The notes beneath the pieces were generated by a model, which saw only the letters and a program-made list of their open reading frames with translations, ran no database searches and was not told the origin of the DNA. The translations under genes were made by a program, and so were the position numbers. A stretch of 64,000 nt of DNA from the NCBI GenBank assembly GCA_965242865.1, contig CBDETK010000013.1, forward strand, positions 3,584,001-3,648,000, given 5' to 3'. Shown piece after piece: positions 59,811-64,000 of the stretch (position 1 is the first letter of the stretch; each line of letters starts with the position of its first letter). The stretch is from Candidatus Latescibacterota bacterium (GTDB lineage Bacteria; Latescibacterota; UBA2968; UBA8231).

Positions 59811-60464
59811 TCAATTGTGGTTCTGTTTTTTGTCTTGAATTAGTTTCGCTCCGACCTCCAAAAGTGCTTGGGGGCCATTTCGTCGCAATCCTTTAATGTA
59901 CATCTCAGGCTTATTAGCTCGATATTGGACTTCTTCAGCGAAGAAATAGGCAATGTCGGTGTTGGCCTTGATCCACCTTTCTTTTTGAACTAGATTTTGG
60001 ATAGCTCTTCGGATAGCGAGTGGGTCAGTCCAGTTTGCTTTGAAAACCACCTTACCCTCTTTGTCAATTATCCAACTCATATTGGGTCGGGACCCGTAAA
60101 GCTTGTGAGCTTTTTCATCAAACCTATCGACCCATATATCGCGCTTTACACCATATAATCTCTTGAATGCCCATGCGTGATCTATTTTCTGTTCAATTGA
60201 GCGGTGTTCAGGCCAGTATTCTCCTGGATGTGCCTCGGATGTATATACAAAAACTAGTTCAAAACCAAATTCTGAAAACTCTACATTTAAATATTCCATC
60301 GCTGGAATGACATCGACACAGTAGGGACAAGTAATACTTCCAAATTCGAGGACCACATGTTGTCGGCCGATATAGTCCGATAAGTTGGCTTCTCCCTTTC
60401 CCAGATTAATAGCGCAGAAATCTGGAGCTTGCTCAAGCAGTTTTATCCTGTCTGTGAAACTCAT
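59811..60464 (-). CDS. Deiodinase-like/AhpC-TSA thioredoxin-fold protein
   Basis: VLEFGSITCPYC, VYTSEAHP, YGSRPN. Confidence 0.8.
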   Translation of the reverse strand: MSFTDRIKLLEQAPDFCAINLGKGEANLSDYIGRQHVVLEFGSITCPYCVDVIPAMEYLNVEFSEFGFELVFVYTSEAHPGEYWPEHRSIEQKIDHAWAFKRLYGVKRDIWVDRFDEKAHKLYGSRPNMSWIIDKEGKVVFKANWTDPLAIRRAIQNLVQKERWIKANTDIAYFFAEEVQYRANKPEMYIKGLRRNGPQALLEVGAKLIQDKKQNHN

Positions 60465-60511
60465 AACAGCGATCTTAAGTTTAACTGTAGGTCTACTAGT
60501 CTTACCGAAAA

Positions 60512-60552
60512 GTGCAATGAGCCTTAATTTTCATCATTAAGGCTCATTGCAC
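60512..60552. terminator. Hairpin after the lasso precursor genes
   Basis: GTGCAATGAGCCTTAAT / ATTAAGGCTCATTGCAC perfect 17-bp stem. Confidence 0.75.
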
Positions 60553-60610
60553 AGACTCAGGAGGGGTGTCTCAAACCTTAACCATCAGGTTATTTGGTTT
60601 GGATTGAGGG

Positions 60611-60754
60611 TTAGCAATTGACTTTCCGAGTACAATTGGCATCATAGGCCTGGCTACCGCCAGCAGTGACTAGCCCCACGGCATTGCCGAACCTAACCAC
60701 GACGGGAATGACATATTCCTTTTTCGCGGTCTTTGCCTGTTCTTCCTTACTCAT
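60611..60754 (-). CDS. Lasso peptide precursor A2 (47 aa; not in ORF track)
   Basis: RBS AAGGAGG then MSKEEQAKTAKKEYVIPVVVRFGNAVGLVT-AGGSQAYDANCTRKVNC. Confidence 0.85.
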   Translation of the reverse strand: MSKEEQAKTAKKEYVIPVVVRFGNAVGLVTAGGSQAYDANCTRKVNC

Positions 60755-60792
60755 GATTTATCACCTCCTTCCTTCTAGGTTTCATCTTGTGT

Positions 60793-60954
60793 CTAACCGC
60801 AGTGTTGACGGGTCCCTCCTGTTTCGAACTGGCAGTTGCCATTACCAGCGGCGAGCGTGGCAACATTGCCGAAATTGACTAGTACAGGGGACTGATAGTT
60901 CTTCTTTTTTGGAGGAACCTGTCCCTGCTCGTGAGGTTGGTGCTTCTTGTGCAT
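60793..60954 (-). CDS. Lasso peptide precursor A1 (53 aa)
   Basis: RBS AAGGAG; YQSPVLVNFG leader motif; core GNGNCQFETGGTRQHCG. Confidence 0.88.
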   Translation of the reverse strand: MHKKHQPHEQGQVPPKKKNYQSPVLVNFGNVATLAAGNGNCQFETGGTRQHCG

Positions 60955-61012
60955 TTTCAGTCTCCTTTCACTCCAGTGGCTAAAGTTGTATTGACACCGA
61001 CTCCTGAGTCGA

Positions 61013-62974
61013 TTAGATGCCATATTTTCTATGCATTCTATCGAGCCATAGCTCGATAGAAAGAGCATTTAGAAGATTCCCCAGATGTGTCCAATTACCT
61101 TGCATCCAATGAGATAGACTTCGTGTAAATTTATCGTGATCTAAATAGCCTCTCCTAACCGTTTCAAATCCTCTCGTCTGGCCCTTCTCTATGAGACGGG
61201 GCAATTCTTGCTGTAAGCCTCTAAGAGCTGGACGACCGAAATCAGGGCCTCTTCGACGCGTCCTCACTTCTTCAGGTAGTATATCTTTTAGTGCCTCCCG
61301 CATAATTACTTTTCTATGACGTCTACCTGAAGGCACTTCAATATAGGTCTTCAAGCCCATAGGTACACCTAGCATATATTCAAGAAGACGCTTATCATAG
61401 TATGGCATACGTATTTCGATAGATTGAGGCGACGCGACATATTCATCCATCCAACAGTATCCTGTGTCTTCATATAACGACCGATACTCAATCCGCATAG
61501 ACTGAACTGGGAAATGACGATCTGGAAGTAATTCTCGGAGTCTTTTACGGGCACCCATTTTTTTGGCAAAATCGGGATTCACCCAGTCTACCATAACAGG
61601 GCCTCCAAAGGAATCGAAATAATGCCAGTATTCAGGCTTGACGTGTAAAATAGGACTCAAGATAGTTTGCCAAAACTCGGGAACGAGGGGTTTAATAGCA
61701 AAATTTATTAAAGCATGTAGGTACGTCTGGTTCCTTGCATATGACCACATTTTAAGCTCACGCGTTAGCTCTTTGAACCTTCCCTTACGTAATAGATCGG
61801 CTAGATATAAGGGATTACCTTGTAGAATGGCATCTCCACCATCCCCCCTAAGCCAAACTCGTGCGCCAAATCTATATACAGCCGAAACAGTACGTAATAC
61901 CTGATCATAAGCTGAGAATCCACCACTCGGCTCATCTGTAAGGGGAGCATGTTGAAGCTGATTCTGAAAAAGGAAAAAGTCGTCCGACGGAATTTCAATG
62001 GTATTTTTGATTTGGTATTTATCTACTACTTGCCGTTGAAAATACCGCTCATCTGACTCAGGAAAGTCATCAAAGACCATTGAGCAGGTTGTAAAGCCGT
62101 TAGAAGGAATCTCGCCTTGATTATATATCTCTTGTGCCATAGACACAATCGAGGACGAGTCCAAACCACCGCTGAGGTCTGAGACCACGGGTTTCATACA
62201 ACGCAACCGGCACCTAACCGCCTCGCGAAAAAGTTCCCGTAGCCGTTCTTGATAGTCTTCGGTTTTCTGATAGCGAACCTCAGAAACTTCACGCGGGTCC
62301 CAATAAGCAATAGGGTCACTTACCCCATGCCGATCTACTTTTATATAATGAGCCGGTGGTAATCTCAATATATCCTCAAATACAGTAGTTGGAGTAGATA
62401 GCGGTCCAACTGCACAATATAACAGATAGTCAAGGATATAGTTATCATTTATTTTCATCGGAAAGGATGGTTCCTGAAAAATCTGTCTAATCGAAGACCC
62501 CCATATCAAAGTATTCTTGAACTTAGTATAATAAAACGGACGGATCCCCATAAAATCACGTGCACAGAGCAGTGTTTCCGTTTTCGCATCCCAGATGGAA
62601 AATGCGAAATCCCCAACTATTTTTTTTAAGCATTCAATATTCCATTTTTCGTAAGACAGCAAAATTAACTCTGCATCTGTCGGGGAAAATTGAGGGGTTT
62701 TATCTTTTTTTAATAGAGAGATCAGCTCATCCCGATTATCTACGCGCCCATCGCAGACTATCCAGATATTGGAACCCCTAATCGACAAGGGCTGGATCTC
62801 CCTGTAGGATTCTTCGGTCGTATGAAATTGGCAATGAGCCATACCTATATGGTATAGTACAGTCTGATTTACCCGTTCAGCACCCCGATGAGAAATTTGC
62901 ATAATCATATTTTTCAGCATATTCTCATCAATCGGTTTTTTGTCTAGGTTTAATATCCCCGCAATACCAGCCAT
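61013..62974 (-). CDS. Lasso cyclase (asparagine synthetase-like, C protein)
   Basis: N-terminus MAGIAG lacks the AsnB Cys; DLSGGLDSS, GDGGD. Adjacent to B1/B2 and the precursors. Confidence 0.9.
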   Translation of the reverse strand: MAGIAGILNLDKKPIDENMLKNMIMQISHRGAERVNQTVLYHIGMAHCQFHTTEESYREIQPLSIRGSNIWIVCDGRVDNRDELISLLKKDKTPQFSPTDAELILLSYEKWNIECLKKIVGDFAFSIWDAKTETLLCARDFMGIRPFYYTKFKNTLIWGSSIRQIFQEPSFPMKINDNYILDYLLYCAVGPLSTPTTVFEDILRLPPAHYIKVDRHGVSDPIAYWDPREVSEVRYQKTEDYQERLRELFREAVRCRLRCMKPVVSDLSGGLDSSSIVSMAQEIYNQGEIPSNGFTTCSMVFDDFPESDERYFQRQVVDKYQIKNTIEIPSDDFFLFQNQLQHAPLTDEPSGGFSAYDQVLRTVSAVYRFGARVWLRGDGGDAILQGNPLYLADLLRKGRFKELTRELKMWSYARNQTYLHALINFAIKPLVPEFWQTILSPILHVKPEYWHYFDSFGGPVMVDWVNPDFAKKMGARKRLRELLPDRHFPVQSMRIEYRSLYEDTGYCWMDEYVASPQSIEIRMPYYDKRLLEYMLGVPMGLKTYIEVPSGRRHRKVIMREALKDILPEEVRTRRRGPDFGRPALRGLQQELPRLIEKGQTRGFETVRRGYLDHDKFTRSLSHWMQGNWTHLGNLLNALSIELWLDRMHRKYGI

Positions 62975-63022
62975 CTTATTTTCCTTAATCGGTCAATCGG
63001 TCGTTTTATCCGTAATCGTGGA

Positions 63023-63463
63023 TCAGCAAACAGATATTACCGAATACCTATCTCTAAGATCCACAGAATCATTTACTACTTTGCCATAGCACTCAACCCA
63101 AGCATGAAAAACTAGCGGAGGGAACTTCGTATATCCGATACACAACTCAGCCGGAAACCTATACTTTCTAAGCAAGGAACAGATAACCAAAGACCTTTCA
63201 AGGCACTTTACGCGCCTTACATAAATTCGTGCGGCCTGCTTACCAATTTCTGAGATAAGGTCTACCAAATCAACTTCAGAAACCATTTGGTTTTCGTTCC
63301 TTGGCTTCGTAATAACGTGCTGCTTCACTAGGCTCTGGGCACATTTTCCAAAGCCGAACAGTCGCAGATATATATCGGTTTTTACATAGAGCGTGTACGC
63401 CTGTAAAAAAATGTAGAAATACTTTAGCCGCTTTTCAGGGGCCATTAAATTGGTGTCAGTCAT
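63023..63463 (-). CDS. Lasso leader peptidase B2
   Basis: KCLERSL...FHAWVE transglutaminase-like motifs. Confidence 0.92.
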   Translation of the reverse strand: MTDTNLMAPEKRLKYFYIFLQAYTLYVKTDIYLRLFGFGKCAQSLVKQHVITKPRNENQMVSEVDLVDLISEIGKQAARIYVRRVKCLERSLVICSLLRKYRFPAELCIGYTKFPPLVFHAWVECYGKVVNDSVDLRDRYSVISVC

Positions 63464-63746
63464 TTCGTATATCTAACACTCCGTTTTTATTTAACTCAGT
63501 TATCAGAGCTAATATATCTCCCCGTAACTGATCTTCGCCGACATCGTATTCCTCCATTAAATCTCTCAATATCTGCTCTATGGCTATACCGTCTTTTTTA
63601 TGATTCGCCAGTTCCCAGAAACTTTTACCGACAGCTACCAACCCATAGAACTCGCCGCTTTCAAAATTCAGGATCACCACATTTTCGCCATCTATTGTCG
63701 ATTCAACATGGTCTGGAATCGAAATCTTAGTTGAGGGATCTATCAT
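63456..63746 (-). CDS. Lasso RRE protein B1 (PqqD family)
   Basis: VILNFESGEFYGL, FWEL, EYDV...DILALITEL..GVL. Confidence 0.92.
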   Translation of the reverse strand: MIDPSTKISIPDHVESTIDGENVVILNFESGEFYGLVAVGKSFWELANHKKDGIAIEQILRDLMEEYDVGEDQLRGDILALITELNKNGVLDIRND

Positions 63747-64000
63747 TATTTCTTTTTTTAAAGTAACGTTAAGTAAGGTTAGGTATAGTGTGAAGGCTCC
63801 TGAGCATAAATGGCTTGGGTTCTCACCCCGAACTTTGCTGTTATACCGCTATAGGAGATAGAGATATCGATCGTATGTTTTGGACTTGGGACTTGGATAT
63901 ATTTAGTATAGTATTAGATATTTGTCAAGCGAAAAATGGACTTGTCTCAAGTATTACCGGCAGGCCAACCCCGACGGGAGCGGCAATGTCCGTCTTGACG

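Noticed and set aside
59811-60464. Selenoprotein deiodinase
   Set aside because: The active-site codon is TGT and there is no in-frame TGA.
60955-61068. 91-aa version of precursor A1
   Set aside because: It overlaps the cyclase end. A good RBS precedes the ATG at 60954.
61013-62974. Ordinary asnB
   Set aside because: It lacks the N-terminal catalytic Cys and is flanked by B1, B2 and lasso precursors.

Overview
Bacterial window: a GC-rich backbone interrupted by AT-richer accessory islands. NHL, ankyrin and FG-GAP/T9SS-CTD proteins plus many REP-like palindromes suggest an FCB-group, possibly sponge-associated, organism (inference only). Backbone genes: GNAT, msrA, aldo/keto reductase, NHL protein, AAA-PD-(D/E)XK, yciH, Mn/Zn ABC operon, TonB receptor, fabV, FG-GAP protein, PQQ-ankyrin fusion and DUF5916. 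Three accessory systems stand out. (1) 4.1-20.8 kb: a sigma54-controlled peptide system with two duplicated enhancer/promoter/short-ORF/hairpin modules, a Cys-rich precursor-like peptide, S8-DUF1611 fusion, ABC exporter, ACP, glycosyltransferase and a peptide-binding SBP/histidine kinase/NtrC-type regulator. (2) 37.9-46.1 kb: an atypical phosphorothioation-like operon (IscS/DndA, DndC, DUF262-DUF1524, SNF2, ParB, unknown, beta-CASP nuclease) with no DndB/D/E or SspB/C in the operon. (3) 52.4-63.7 kb: a lasso peptide cluster with two 2-Cys precursors (one absent from the ORF track), a deiodinase-like thiol oxidoreductase, a PRMT-like methyltransferase and two ABC exporters. IS remnants and MITEs with clear TIRs/TSDs are also present. 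All family assignments come from motif recognition by eye; no database searches were run.
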